From: Felis catus
Lineage: Eukaryota
Length of the DNA stretch: 64,000 nt
NCBI RefSeq assembly: GCF_018350175.1
Contig: NC_058383.1
Location: 25,050,001-25,114,000, forward strand
Direction of reading: 5' to 3'
Shown here: piece by piece, positions 63,461-64,000 of the stretch
How positions within the stretch are numbered: the first letter of the stretch is position 1
Layout: each line of letters starts with the position of its first letter
The notes under the pieces: model-generated
What the model was told of the DNA's origin: nothing
What the model saw: only the letters and a program-made list of their open reading frames with translations
The model's database searches: none
Translations under genes and position numbers: made by a program

Positions 63461-64000
63461 ATGACTCTCAACCTGTATCTTTCTATAATAACACTGAATG
63501 TAAATGGATTAAATGCACCAACCAAAAGACATAGGGTATCAGAATGGATAAAAAAACAAGACCCATCTATTTGCTGTCTACAAGAGACTCATTTTAGACC
63601 TGAGGACACCTTTAGATTGAGAGTGAGGGGATGGAGAACTATTTATCATGCGACTGGAAGCCAAAAGAAAGCTGGAGTAGCCATACTTATATCAGACAAA
63701 CTAGACTTTAAATTAAAGGCCGTAACAAGAGATGAAGAAGGACATTATATAATAGTTACAGGGTCTATCCATCAGGAAGAGCTAACAATTATAAATGTCT
63801 ATGCGCCGAATACCGGAGCCCCCAAATATATAAAACAATTACTCATAAACATAAGCAACCTTATTGATAAGAATGTGGTAATTGCAGGGGACTTTAACAC
63901 CCCACTCACAGAAATGGACAGATCATCTAGACACACGGTCAATAAAGAAACAAGGGCCCTGAATGAGACATTGGATCAGATGGACTTGACAGATATATTT
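63461..64000 (+). CDS. L1 ORF2p endonuclease domain (partial)
   Basis: MTLNLYLSIITLNVNGLNAPTKRHRV...CCLQETH...GDFNTPL. Confidence 0.92.
   Translation, partial: MTLNLYLSIITLNVNGLNAPTKRHRVSEWIKKQDPSICCLQETHFRPEDTFRLRVRGWRTIYHATGSQKKAGVAILISDKLDFKLKAVTRDEEGHYIIVTGSIHQEELTIINVYAPNTGAPKYIKQLLINISNLIDKNVVIAGDFNTPLTEMDRSSRHTVNKETRALNETLDQMDLTDIF

Larger units (their letters stand above)
62574..64000 (+). mobile_element. Young L1, 5'-truncated within ORF1, antisense in an ACSM1 intron; runs off the window
   Basis: Open ORF1 frame 62574-63407, short spacer, ORF2 ATG at 63461 open to the window end. Confidence 0.97.

Overview
Mammalian genomic DNA from a carnivore, most likely a felid (tRNA-derived Can-SINEs with (CT)n/A tails and young cat-type L1). 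The right part holds the last seven coding exons of ACSM1 on the minus strand (60611 down to 48175). They are intact, phase-compatible and followed by a poly(A) signal near 47960, and a young antisense L1 enters at 62574. The main non-obvious feature is missed by the ORF track: an intron-containing, heavily disabled paralog of the cytosolic half of MIA3/TANGO1 on the minus strand (~36290 down to ~21900). About 19 exon remnants lie in collinear order, three exons are deleted, and the proline-rich-domain exons are tandemly triplicated (~2.3-2.9 kb units). Between it and ACSM1 are a candidate two-exon secreted cysteine-rich peptide gene with a (CTG)n-encoded leader (47558-46191) and a TATA/CCAAT/RFX/E2F/E-box promoter-like cluster (~43640-43790). 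The left 17 kb is mostly nested L1/SINE debris. Protein comparisons use human sequences recalled from memory, not database searches, and repeat boundaries are approximate.
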